From: Eledone cirrhosa | Lineage: Eukaryota | Length of the DNA stretch: 64,000 nt | Direction: 5' to 3' | Assembly (NCBI GenBank): GCA_964016885.1 | Contig: OZ024750.1 | Span: 39,370,001-39,434,000 of the forward strand | Shown here: positions 46,743-58,978 of the stretch, one piece after another | How the letters are laid out: each line of letters starts with the position of its first letter | Position numbering within the stretch: the stretch's first letter is position 1 | Notes under the pieces: generated by a model | Seen by the model: the letters and a program-made list of their open reading frames with translations, nothing else | Database searches by the model: none | Told to the model about the DNA's origin: nothing | Program-made: the position numbers and the translations under genes

Positions 46743-48086
46743 TCATGTTTCTGATAATTTTAATATGGAGAATTCAAAGAGTTTGTTATTGACTTTTTTA
46801 ACTTGTTTCAACTCATCTTTGAGTTTTTTAATCAGTTCCGTTTTTTCATATTCGTTCATGTCACTGTGTCCTTCTTGAAAAGGAATATCCAGACTAGTTC
46901 CAGTGTTCTTGGAGGCTCTATTATATGCAACAATAGCATCACCATTTTCTTCTGTGTAAGGTTCAAACGTGCAAGGTTGGGGCTGGTTTTTCAACAGTAT
47001 AGTTCCAACAGTTTCACCGTCTTCATCAACAGACTGAAGGTTTCGTTTCAGTTGGCCAAGTAGTCTGGTCGGTTTGTAGTTAGGGTTCAACATAGCTGGT
47101 GTGACAGGGCTGATCAAAACATTGGTGACAGCACCTTTATGTGGTAGGGTTCGTATGCACTGACCACTACCGATGTCCCAGATTTTAACGTTGCAGTCAT
47201 CAGAACCAGATATTAATTTGTCACCTTCTTTTGACATAGCCAAACATGTAACTTGCTGGTCGTGTCCATTAAAAGCAGTGACTCGTTTTATCATAGCCGT
47301 GTCACTGGCCACATGTCTTTGTCGGCTATTTGTGTTTTCAAAGAGATCCACTGTATAGATGTGTCCATTTTTAGCTCCTGCAAATAAGCAACTATATGCA
47401 GCATCCATTACAACAGAGGTTATTCCCACCGGGAAGACGAAATCACATAACAACTGGCCAGAACATAAATCCCACATTTTACATGTTTGGTCAAGGGAAG
47501 CCGTTACAATTCGTGATCGAAGTCCCCCATCACCGACGTGAATGTCAGTAATTGCCAAGGAGTGATCTTTCCATGTAAAGAGGGGCTCAGGTTTCATACA
47601 AGCATCTTTCCAAATACGTACAACATCAGTTAATGACCAAACCACAACTAAATTATCTTCGCCTCCACTAACAAATGTGATATTATCAATAAACTTGACG
47701 CATGTAACATTTTGATAATGCCTTTGAACAATGGCTAATAGATCCCCAGAACTGACCTGCCAGACATACAGCTTTTCTTCGATTCCAGCCACACAGTAGC
47801 AACCATCCTGTGAAACAGCAAGGGTAGATATTTTTTTCGGAAATACAACTTTGCTTTGCATTTGTTCCCGCCTTTGTAAAGTCCACACGTGTAATACAGA
47901 CCGGGCATTATTGGCAGCTATAAGATATTCTCCAGAAATTAAGGCCAAGCCTCTAGAAGTTGTACTACCACCTTTGAAGTAAGACAAACTGGTCCCTAAA
48001 TTAAAGTCCCACATACACACATTCCAGTGTTCTCCTGAAGTATCTGTTGTAAACACCACTTCATCGCTTTTCTTCAGAGACGCCAT
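46743..48086 (-). CDS. WDR18: WD repeat-containing protein 18 (IPI3, rixosome subunit), 447 aa, intronless CDS
   Basis: First ATG at 48086 (MASLKK; the ORF track starts at an upstream TTG). WD40 repeats with the WDR18-type motifs RHYQNVTC, SGGEDNLVVVW, DHSLAITDIHVGDGG, TASLDQTCK and SGSDD..VKIWDI.SGQCIRT, plus a C-terminal coiled coil. Confidence 0.93.
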   Translation of the reverse strand: MASLKKSDEVVFTTDTSGEHWNVCMWDFNLGTSLSYFKGGSTTSRGLALISGEYLIAANNARSVLHVWTLQRREQMQSKVVFPKKISTLAVSQDGCYCVAGIEEKLYVWQVSSGDLLAIVQRHYQNVTCVKFIDNITFVSGGEDNLVVVWSLTDVVRIWKDACMKPEPLFTWKDHSLAITDIHVGDGGLRSRIVTASLDQTCKMWDLCSGQLLCDFVFPVGITSVVMDAAYSCLFAGAKNGHIYTVDLFENTNSRQRHVASDTAMIKRVTAFNGHDQQVTCLAMSKEGDKLISGSDDCNVKIWDIGSGQCIRTLPHKGAVTNVLISPVTPAMLNPNYKPTRLLGQLKRNLQSVDEDGETVGTILLKNQPQPCTFEPYTEENGDAIVAYNRASKNTGTSLDIPFQEGHSDMNEYEKTELIKKLKDELKQVKKVNNKLFEFSILKLSET

Positions 48087-48159
48087 TTTCAAATTCTATT
48101 TCAGCTTCATTAGTTATCTCCCTTAGCTATTTACGGAAATTACCGAAGACGGAGCTTTA

Positions 48160-48345
48160 CCAAGTAGTTAGTTTCATTTGCTAGAAACAACAGCCAGTTA
48201 TATCTCAACTAATACGTTACACTCTTAAAAAGGAAGGACACGTACTATAGTCTTAGATACATTGTTTTTGAATAAAAGACGTGATGGTCACTACTGGAAC
48301 ACATTTAATCATAGTCAGAACAGACCTGGGGCTAAACAACGACAT
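48160..48345 (+). mobile_element. Dispersed repeat (SINE/LINE-tail-like) about 75 bp upstream of the WDR18 ATG
   Basis: TTGCTAGAAA...CTTAAAAAGGAAGGACAC...GACCTGGGGCTAAACAAC. Related fragments occur near 30860-31000, 31900-32065, 53925 and 60350. Confidence 0.6.
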
Positions 48346-49024
48346 TTAAAGTTTTATTTCCGAATGATATCGAATTACGACTTTTTAGTTATATTCTCCG
48401 TAAAGAAACGCTGGTTAATTAACTAAAATTAATCTCTAACATTAATCTTTAAACATATCTTGAACATTAATTATTAGCGATTAATAAAAAAAAAAAGGGA
48501 CCAACAAAGTCCTCGGTCGTTAAATACCATAAATTATTGAATAATAGGATATTTTTAGCACCCCTTTCTTCCCTGGTTAACCCCTCCTCCACTTAAAGGC
48601 AATGCCTTCTAGAAATCGTTCTAATTTAAAGAAAGCTAATGAGAATTAGCTAAATGCACATTAATTAGTTTGAGGATACAATTTCCATAAAAAAAAAACA
48701 TAACAGAATTCCCTGCTGTAGAATATAATTGAGAGGATCGGGATCTCTTTCTTTTTCTTTCTGACTCACTTTATTGTTCTTGTCCATTTGCTTTGTTGAT
48801 TCTATGTTTGTGTTTTGCATCTCAAACTGATTTGAAAATTAAACCAGTTGGAATTACATGCTTATATATTAAATTTAATTTAAGGTGATCTTTCGATTTA
48901 AGATCATAGAGTCAATTTCTAGCAGCCTATAAATCTTTATTATTCATCTTCGTATGCAGTCCTCAATAAACATCGGACATTCTCCGGTCATTGTATAATT
49001 TAAACTATCCTATTGTGTCGAGAA

Positions 49025-49225
49025 AATAAATAAGGTTTCTCATTGACACAAAGCCAAGAATTTGGAGGGAGGAGAGGAAAATCGATTAAATCGACCTCAG
49101 TACGTTACTGGTACTTTATTTTATCGACCCTGTAATGATGAAAGGCAAAGCTAACCGTGGCAGGATTTGAACTCTGAATGTAAAGGGACGTAACTATATA
49201 CCGCAATGCATGGTGTCCGACGCTC
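49025..49225 (-). mobile_element. SINE family B copy
   Basis: Reverse complement of the family B head and core. Confidence 0.75.
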
Positions 49226-49789
49226 TACCAATTCTACTGCCAAATAATGGTTTCTTTACGCCATGTACAATTCTGACATTTTCAACCATTTTATCAATGT
49301 TTAAATAATGATTGGGAAGTGTTCGATTTTCATTATCGATTATATAAAAAAAAAAAATCGCCAAAAGTATTATTTTCACTTGATGATCATAAATGGAAAG
49401 ATGCTCCAATTTAATAACAGGTTTAAAACAATATATTGTTGGGTGATATGAATGTATACATTCACCGAACAATATAGTCATACTTTGGACTATTAAAAAA
49501 AAATGTTTAAACCGGAATTTAACTATTTTCAATGTTTGTTTTTCTTATATCTTTGGGAGATTGCTACATATCTTTATAGATATTACTCCCTACTATTATA
49601 ATTACCATTTCTATATGGTATTTAAATACGGGATTTAGGGAAACACCAGAATTCTCTGTTGAAGCAGGTGATTTTTTAAAGGTATAATAGATAGTTTCTA
49701 AAATTTTAAATAATTAACATTAGTAAAAGAAAGAATAATAAAGAAGAAAAGAAAATGAGGATGTGAAGACCCTCACATCAATCACACCA

Positions 49790-50420
49790 ACAAGAGGGGA
49801 GCCTTCCTCTAATATTGTTTGTAGCAAGCGAACACGTAGCATTGCCGCGAGTGATAGAGAGGCTAAGGTCCTGGAATGACCAAGTACCTTTGCAGGAATA
49901 ACCTGATACCTGAGTTGCCAACAATAACAAGAACTTCGTTATCAGCGACCCAGCTCGAATGCTACAGGTTGGAAAAAATAATTGAAGGTATTTTAGATTT
50001 TCTATTATGTTCGGCTACGGTTGCAGTGACTCTCACCTTTACCACATCATCCAGGATGGGGGAAGGAGCAAAAGTGCCGCTAACTGTGACATTCTATACG
50101 AGATATTTACCCCATGTCCAGGTACAAAAAATAAAAATATTTGACTTCTTTTTATCAATCCTGGACAATCCAGCTGGCACCCGAATTGAGGGAATATATT
50201 GGGACTGTTTAATAATTAGGTTTAGCTCGGCATCGCGAGCGAAACGACCTGCATTCAGGCGACAAGACAATTCATGAAGACCAGTAAAGTCAAGAGGTTT
50301 TTCACAGCGACATTTCAATCACTCACAGACATCGGCCCTGACTGAGTGTAATGGAGATGCAGAGCTCAGCCAGACTAAATAGGCTACCAATACTGGCCCT
50401 GGGAAGAGCATCAACCCATT
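49790..50420 (-). mobile_element. Degenerate 3' end of a CRE-like non-LTR element (CCHC knuckle plus restriction-like endonuclease)
   Basis: Minus strand reads CRCEKPLDFTGLHELSC..AGRFARDAELN..PAGLSRID..WTWGKYLV*NVTV..TFAPS and later SITRGNA, the usual motif order of RLE-bearing CRE elements. Confidence 0.7.
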
Positions 50421-50979
50421 GCCCCTTTTCTTATTTTAAATTTAATTAAATAGTAACCATAGAAAAAACAAGGGTGCCATTCAATTGCTGATTTTTTTTT
50501 TTACAAATGTAAAATATAATTGTTTCTACATTTAGCACAAGGCCAGCAATTATTTCAGTGTATTACAGGTACTTTATTTTATCGATCCCGTAAGGATGAA
50601 AGGCAAAGTTAACCTCGACGGGATTTGAACTCAGACCACAAATGTAAAATATAATACCCACTGAAGTACTATGGTTGATTTAGTACTTCTATAATATATT
50701 CTAGGAAGTCGGCAGATAGATTGCTTTGCTGTATTTGTCCCGACTCTCGGCATTCTGAGTTCAAATTCCGCCGAGGTCGATAAAAAGAAAGTACTATTTC
50801 GGTAATGGGGGTCGATGTTTCTTCTATATCTCTTTCCCCACTTCTTTTCTGAAGGAAGTCGGATGTGTTCAGACACACCGTGTTTCACTATGGCACCCCA
50901 GCGACTCCACGGGGCCGTACGTACACACAATAGATACTAGACGGGGGTGGAATTATAAGACGAAAGAAATTCGAAATGC

Positions 50980-51178
50980 TACGAGGCTAGGCTGAAAAGT
51001 TCATAGGTTGACTATCAAGGAGTGATGGTAGAGCTGTGAAATCTTACTTGCACTAATGTCAATTCTTATTAACAACTGCATTGTTTATTTCCAGGGACTA
51101 AGTTGAAAAACAAACCTCATTTGGTCATTCCATGAAAATATCTCGGTCTGCCTATGAACTTTTCAGCCGCGCCTCGTA
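50980..51178. mobile_element. Complete mariner-type MITE with TA TSD
   Basis: TA-CGAGGCTAGGCTGAAAAGTTCATAGG ... CCTATGAACTTTTCAGCCGCGCCTCG-TA. Confidence 0.85.
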
Positions 51179-51589
51179 TAATATATGAAACCAAGTTACT
51201 TCCCTTGTTTTGTCCATTTCACTGCGGTGAAGTTTGTCTTAAGATAAACAAAATAAGGAGAGAACAGGACAGTAGCGTGCAGGGGAGGGGGTCCCGGGCA
51301 TCCTTTGGGAGAAAAGAACTTAATAAATTTGATTGATTTATATTAAAATCGAATAAAGCGTTTCACCTGTGTTTATATATCCAAAATGTTTTCCTTTCTC
51401 GTAATATTAGACCTTATACTTGAGTGCTTGGGGGCATACAATCAAGATTTGCCCCGGGCATCACCAGAGCTCTGCACGCACCCCCGCTGGAGCAGGGGAT
51501 GAGATATTTCTACTTAAAACCAATTCAGAATCACAATGACTCGAGACTACTTTGAATTAAATACAATAAAAACTATTAATACAATGAGC

Positions 51590-52335
51590 GCCTGGGTATT
51601 TAGCACTCCAGGCAAGCGCAAGATACATGTTCTTGTGCTAAATAAGATATCCATAGTAGAGCTAGTCTAGGTATCTGGGTGCTTAGTACCCTAGACTAGC
51701 ACAAGAACATGCATCTGAGTATTTAACACCCTAGGCAAGCTCTACAATGTGTGTCTGTGTTTTTAGCACTATAGACTAGCTCTACAATGTGTACCTCGGT
51801 ATTGAGCACTCTAGGCTAGTGCAAAAACGTACACCTGGCATTCAGTACCCTAGGCAAGCTCAACAATATATACCTGGGTATTTAGCACTCCAGGTAAGCT
51901 CAACAATATATACCTGGGTATTTGGCACTCTAGGCACGCTCTACAATATATACCTGGGTATTTGGCACTCCAGGCAAGCTCTACAATATGTACCTGGGTA
52001 TTTAGCACTCTAGTATGCTCTACAATATGTACCTCGGTATTTAGCACTCTAGTATGCTCTACAATATGTACCTGGGTATTTAGCACTCTAGTATGCTCTA
52101 CAATATGTACCTGGGTATTTAGCACTCTAATATGCTCTACAATATGTACCTGGGTATTTAGCACTCCAGGCAAGCTCTAAATATGTACCTGAGTATTTAG
52201 CACTCTAGTATGCTCTACAATATGTACTTGGGTATTTATCACCCTAGTATGCCCTACAATATGTACCTGGGTATTTAGCACTCTAGTATGCTCTACAATA
52301 TGTACCTGAGTATTTAGCACCCTAGACTAGTTCTA
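51590..52335. repeat. Minisatellite, 39-bp unit, diverged at the left and homogeneous at the right
   Basis: TACAATATGTACCTGGGTATTTAGCACTCTAGTATGCTC in tandem. Confidence 0.9.
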
Positions 52336-52444
52336 CATTGTTTTATTTGAGAGAAGGGAGTGCACAATCACAATATTTTGGGTGGACACAATAAATCAAA
52401 TGTGTTCTCATTTGTTGTTTTGAAGCTCCTAAGTCTGTCCTGAC

Positions 52445-54195
52445 ACAACTTTCTACCCTGAGTTACCAAAATATATCATAACACACAACTCTCTACCCAG
52501 AGTTACCAATATATATCATAACACACAACTCTCTACCCTGAGTTACCAATATATATCATAACACACAACTTTCTACCCTGAGTTACCAATATATATCATA
52601 ACACAACTCTCTACCCTGAGTTACCAATATATATCATAACACACAACTTTCTACCCTGAGTTACCAATATATATCATAACACACAACTTTCTACCCTGAG
52701 TTACCAATATATATCATAACACAACTCTCTACCCTGAGTTACCAATATATATCATAACACAACTCTCTACCCAGAGTTACCAATATATATCATAACACAA
52801 CTCTCTACCCTGAGTTACCAATATATATCATAACACACAACTTTCTACCCAGAGTTACCAATATATATCATAACACACAACTTTCTACCCAGACTTACCA
52901 ATATATATCATAACACACAACTTTCTACCCTGAGTTACCAATATATATCATAACACACAACTTTCTACCCTGAGTTACCAATATATATCATAACACACAA
53001 CTTTCTACCCAGAGTTACCAATATATATCATAACACACAACTTTCTACCCTGAGTTACCAATATATATCATAACACACAACTCTCTACCCAGAGTTACCA
53101 ATATATATCATAACACACAACTTTCTACCCAGAGTTACCAATATATATCATAACACACAACTTTCTACCCAGAGTTACCAATATATATCATAACACACAA
53201 CTTTCTACCCTGAGTTACCAATATATATCATAACACACAACTTTCTACCCAGAGTTACCAATATATATCATAACACACAACTCTCTACCCAGAGTTACCA
53301 ATATATATCATAACACACAACTTTCTACCCTGAGTTACCAATATATATCATAACACAACTCTCTACCCTGAGTTACCAATATATATCATAACACACAACT
53401 TTCTACCCTGAGTTACCAATATATATCATAACACACAACTTTCTACCCAGAGTTACCAATATATATCATAACACAACTCTCTACCCAGAGTTACCAATAT
53501 ATATCATAACACAACTCTCTACCCTGAGTTACCAATATATATCATAACACACAACTCTCTACCCAGAGTTACCAATATATATCATAACACACAACTTTCT
53601 ACCCAGAGTTACCAATATATATCATAACACACAACTCTCTACCCAGAGTTACCAATATATATCATAACACACAACTCTCTACCCAGAGTTACCAATATAT
53701 ATCATAACACACAACTTTCTACCCTGAGTTACCAATATATATCATAACACAACTCTCTACCCTGAGTTACCAATATATATCATAACACACAACTCTCTAC
53801 CCAGAGTTACCAATATATATCATAACACACAACTCTCTACCCTGAGTTACCAATATATATCATAACACACCATTTGTATTTATATTCAGCTAGTGATGCC
53901 AGGCTGTATTTGCAGCCGATTACCTCGCTAGAAATAGCAACTCACTATCTTATCAAGTAAAGGACAAACTGTACAATGTAGACCTGGGTGTACCAGGTCT
54001 ACATTGTACAGTCTGTCCTTTACTTGGGTAGAAAGTTGTGTGTTATGATATATATTGGTAACTCTGGGTAGAGAGTTGTGTGTTATGATATATATTGGTA
54101 ACTCTGGGTAGAAAGTTGTGTGTTATGATATATATTGGTAACTCTGGGTAGAGAGTTGTGTGTTATGATATATATTGGTAACTCTGGGTAGAGAG
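52445..54195. repeat. Satellite, 38/40-bp unit (about 36 copies, to 53871) plus 4 inverted copies at 54025-54195
   Basis: Unit ACACACAACT(T/C)TCTACCC(T/A)GAGTTACCAATATATATCATA. Confidence 0.95.
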
Positions 54196-55441
54196 GTCTC
54201 TTCAAATAATAAATGTACCCAACTACCCAGTACACTTTGTAAAGTCGTTGGTGCTATGAAGGGTATTCAGCTGTTGAAATGATGCCAAAAGGATAGAGAA
54301 GACTTTTCAGTTGTGTCACAGACAAGGCAACCATTCTAATGATGATAAAATACACCCAGTACACTGTCAAATGGTTGGCATAAGGAAGGGCATCCAGCCA
54401 TAGAAACCTTACCAAAATGGAACATATCTCAGTGAGACAGTCCTCTAACCCAAGTTAGTACTTAATTGGTGCTACTGTCCTGTTATAACGACCTGTCTAA
54501 CTATTGCCGATGTGGAAAAGCAGACCTAAAATGATGTGAAAATGAGATTCAGAGATGTTAACACCTTAATTACAAAAGGGACATTATAAACAGACCCCTA
54601 AAGGGTTGATTAGATTTCTGAAGATTATTGGTCTGAAGGCTGACCAGAGAGGTGGGGGAGAGGAAATGAGGGGGCTAAACAACAACAATATTCTACTCAT
54701 TTCACATTATGGAAACAAAGGTAAACATAAGCTGTACCAAGCCAACCTATTTTAAAAACTGAGATACCTTTCTCCCTCCCTCTCGTCAGCCTCAGATCCC
54801 TGAAAAAGTTTAGGGGCACTGCCCTTCCCTACCTGAATAAACAGTTTAAAATATAAACAAAATATACATATATTGTGATAATTTATGGCAGTGATTCATA
54901 AAAGACAATCATTTCTCAGGGATTTGGTTTTATCAGCATTGATAAATAGAAAAATAAGCAGTCTTGTCTCAAGGCAGGGTATACCAGGATGGGATTTATC
55001 CTGGTTTGAATGATGTTAGGAGAATGAAAGTATAAGGGTCCTCCTGGGATAGGACACCAGTCTTTTACAGGCTTATACCCTAGCTACTGCTGGTAGCTCA
55101 GCTGACTGAACTGAAGTAACATAAAGAGCCTTTCTCAAGAACACAATGTACAACTGTCTGAAAATTCAACGAATGGCCTAACACTCGTGAGTCCAACACC
55201 CTCACCACTAAGTCACATCTTTTCATGATTAATCAAAACTATTCAATTATTACTTTCAACTCTTCTCTCTGTCAGTTCAATTCAAGTATTTTATTTTATT
55301 TTATTTTATTTAAAAATTTTTTTTAACAAAATCAAAATAAAAAAAGAGTAAAAAGAAAAAATTCAATTCAAATGAAAATGTTAAATATAATTTAATTTAA
55401 AATAAAATTTTTTAAAGCCTTTTTTTTTTGTATATATAGTT

Positions 55442-55758
55442 CTATTTTTTTATATATTTCCTGAGACAGTTTGGCCAACTGAGGGGCCACTCATATTCAT
55501 TGGGTACAATACCATCACATTTGGATTCAAAGAACGAGAAGAGTGGGAACCAAATTTTTGTTCGTTTAGAGTCTCTTTGCATTAAAGCACGGTTGTTGGC
55601 TAATGTGTGGTAATAGAGAAAGAGACGGGTTGTAATGTAAAAAGCAATAAACACATCAATTGAATAGTGTTCATGAGCTGCAAGGATGAAAAAGATACCA
55701 AAAAGATTGAGGACCCAGGTGATTGTATGGATGTAGTAAAACCGTTGCCGGGATGTAT
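55442..55758 (-). CDS. SAMD8: Sphingomyelin synthase-related protein (SMSr), last coding exon
   Basis: [75 protein letters not shown] acceptor at 55761-55759 and TAG stop. Confidence 0.95.
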
Positions 55759-56054
55759 CTGTAATAAACAACAATAACAACATTAACTAAACATACCACA
55801 TTATGTATATATATATATGTATATATACATATATATGTTTATATATATGTATATATACATTCTGTAATAAACAACAATAACAACATTAACTAAACATACC
55901 ACATGAAACCACACTAACAAGGCATTCTTTTAAAGTACAAAACTGCAAATATGATTGCACCACATGAAAATTAAAGTCTGTACTCTAATATAGCAGATTT
56001 TCACAACAATCTGTCAACTACTAAAGATACTGTAAACATTTAAATTAACAAACC

Positions 56055-56404
56055 CATGGAGGCACATGGCTTAGTGGTTAGAGCATTGGCCTTGCAATCG
56101 AAAGGTTGAGAGTTCAATACTCAGACCGGGTGATGTGTTGTTTCCTTGATCAAGACACTTTATTTCACATTGCTCCAGTTTACTCAGCTGTAGAAATGAG
56201 ATGATAGGGACTGCGGTCCCTATCATTCCACTGCAAAGTGGTCGTGGAGGTGCCACGGCAAAAAAGCACCCAGCACTCACTGTAAATGAGGTTGGTGTTA
56301 GGGAGGGCATCCAGCTGTAGAAATCAAGCCAGAACCAGTTCCCGTCCCACCCTTGCAAGCAGGGAAAAAGCGGACGTAAAATGAAATGATGATGATGATG
56401 ATGA
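56055..56404 (+). mobile_element. Full-length young SINE, family A, nested in a family Q MITE (about 55900-56450)
   Basis: Near-identical to 34358-34697. Its two flanks join to match 20590-20797. Confidence 0.88.
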
Positions 56405-56648
56405 TTTCTGGATATTTCCTGCTAAACCATTACAACATGTTAAGAGTTAAAATAACGAGACTTTACAGTCTTTCATACCTCTCGGCATAAGTGTGTACAA
56501 AATAAATAACATCCAAATCTCGTAGCTTTGATATGTGAGATAATTATGTGAAATAAAGTGTTTACTATGAAAATCAACTGATCCATTGCCTTAACAACAA
56601 CAACAATAATAACATAAAGGATAAAACAAGGATTTGTAGAATACTTAC

Positions 56649-56796
56649 ATTCAGAGATGAAGAAATTTAACATTGTGATACAAACTGTATGGCCACTGAA
56701 CATATAGTCACCACAGGTTCGCACACCTTGAAGTGTCATACCAAATCCAGTAGCAATCTCTAAAGTACGTGTCAACTTGGCCCAGAGGTCATTGTC
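56649..56796 (-). CDS. SAMD8: SMSr exon ([49 protein letters not shown])
   Basis: Catalytic [10 protein letters not shown] motif, CAG acceptor, GTAAGT donor, phases compatible. Confidence 0.95.
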
Positions 56797-57124
56797 CTGT
56801 GGAAAAGGAATTAAAAAGTAAAATAAACTAAAGGAAATACATGGTTTAGTATATAACACCTTAAACCGGACATATCCGGCTAGAATTCTATCACCTATTT
56901 CTGTTCAAATCGGCCATAACTGGCTGCTCATACTGATGTTAAGGTATTGTTCTCAAAATAAATATCAAAATCTCATAGATTTGATATTATGTGAGAGAAT
57001 TATCATTAACATTTTAAGTGGCTGAGTATTCCACAGACACATATACTGCTAACATCATTCTCAGGGTGAATCAGCAAAACAAGGCTGAACTTTTCAATAT
57101 ACATGTACAGTCCAGCCATTTCAT

Positions 57125-58352
57125 TAACCCTTTAGCATTTAAACTGGCCACATCCGGTCAGAATTCTCTCACCTCTTTCTGTTCAAACCAGCTGTAACTG
57201 GCCACTCATACTGATGTTAAGGTATTGTTCTCAAAATAAATAATATCAAAATCTCATAGATTCGATGTTATGTGAGGTAAAGGCTTTACCGTGAAAATAC
57301 AATAGTATATATAGAGTAATGTAAATGTTATGTAAGGTAAAGGCTTTACCGTGAAAATACAATAGTATATATAGAGTAATGTAAATGTTATGTAAGGTAA
57401 CGCCTTTACTGTGAAAATACAATAGTATATATAGAGTAATATAAATGTTATGTAAGGTAAACCCTTTACTGTGAAAATACAATAGTATATATAGAGTAAT
57501 GTAAATGTTATGTAAGGTAAACCCTTTACTGTGAAAATACAATAGTATATATAGAGTAATGTAAATGTTATGTAAGGTAAAGGCTTTACCGTGAAAATAC
57601 AATAGTATATATAGAGTAATGTAAATGCTATGTAAGGTAAACCCTTTACTGTGAAAATACAATAGTATATATAGAGTAATATAAATGTTATGTAAGGTAA
57701 ACCCTTTACTGTGAAAATACAATAGTATATATAGAGTAATGTAAATGTTATGTAAGGTAAACCCTTTACTGTGAAAATACAATAGTATATATAGAGTAAT
57801 GTAAATGCTATGTAAGGTAAACCCTTTACTGTGAAAATATACAATAGTATATATAGAGTAATATAAATGTTATGTAAGGTAAACCCTTTACTGTGAAAAT
57901 ACAATAGTATATATAGAGTAATGTAAATGCTATGTAAGGTAAACCCTTTACTGTGAAAATACAATAGTATATATAGAGTAATATAAATGTTATGTAAGGT
58001 AAACCCTTTACTGTGAAAATACAATAGTATATATAGAGTAATGTAAATGCTATGTAAGGTAAACCCTTTACTGTGAAAATACAATAGTATATATAGAGTA
58101 ATATAAATGTTATGTAAGGTAAACCCTTTACTGTGAAAATACAATAGTATATATAGAGTAATGTAAATGCTATGTAAGGTAAACCCTTTACTGTGAAAAT
58201 ACAATAGTATATATAGAGTAATATAAATGTTATGTAAGGTAAACCCTTTACTGTGAAAATACAATAGTATATATAGAGTAATGTAAATGCTATGTAAGGT
58301 AAACCCTTTACTGTGAAAATATACAATAGTATATATAGAGTAATGTAAATGT
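57125..58352 (-). mobile_element. Family P MITE inflated by an internal 60-bp tandem array (about 18 copies), within a SAMD8 intron
   Basis: TTAACCCTTTAGCATT end at 57125, and an array at 57265-58352 built from the same internal segment as at 42110. Confidence 0.85.
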
Positions 58353-58796
58353 TCAAGCGTTAATCTATCTAAATTCATGCCATTGGCTCATTTAACCCTT
58401 TGGATACCAAACAACCCTGAGTCTATGATACAAAATTGTTTGTTTTAAAGTATTTACATCTAAGAACCTTCCATCATAATTTTAACATAAAAACTTTTGT
58501 TATGTTCCAAACACCAACTTAATAATTTTTGATTAAGGCACAAGGCTAGCGAAAAGTTGATTATAAGAACCCCAGTAGTTGACTGGTACTTGATTTTATT
58601 AACCCCACCAGACGGATGAAGGGCAAAGTTGACCATGGCGGGATGTGAACTCTGAATAGAAAGTACTGGAAGAAATGTCAAAGTATTCTATGTGATGCGT
58701 TGACATCATCATTATCGTCGTTTAACGTCCATCTTCCATGCTAGCATCGGTTTCTGCCAATCCTCCACTCCAAACACCAACTTAATGACAATATTA

Positions 58797-58978
58797 GGGG
58801 CAGTGGATTGGCAGTATCGGTAGAGGGTCGGACGCCATGCTTTGCAGCAAAGAGTTACGGCTCTTTATGGTCTGAGCTCAAATCCCGCCGAGGTTAGCTT
58901 ACGGGGTCGATAAAATAAAGTACCAGTAATACACTGAAATAATTTCTGGCTTTGTGCCAAAAGTAGAAACAATTATTA
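58797..58978 (+). mobile_element. SINE family B copy
   Basis: Close match to 8988-9175 with a small core deletion. Confidence 0.75.
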
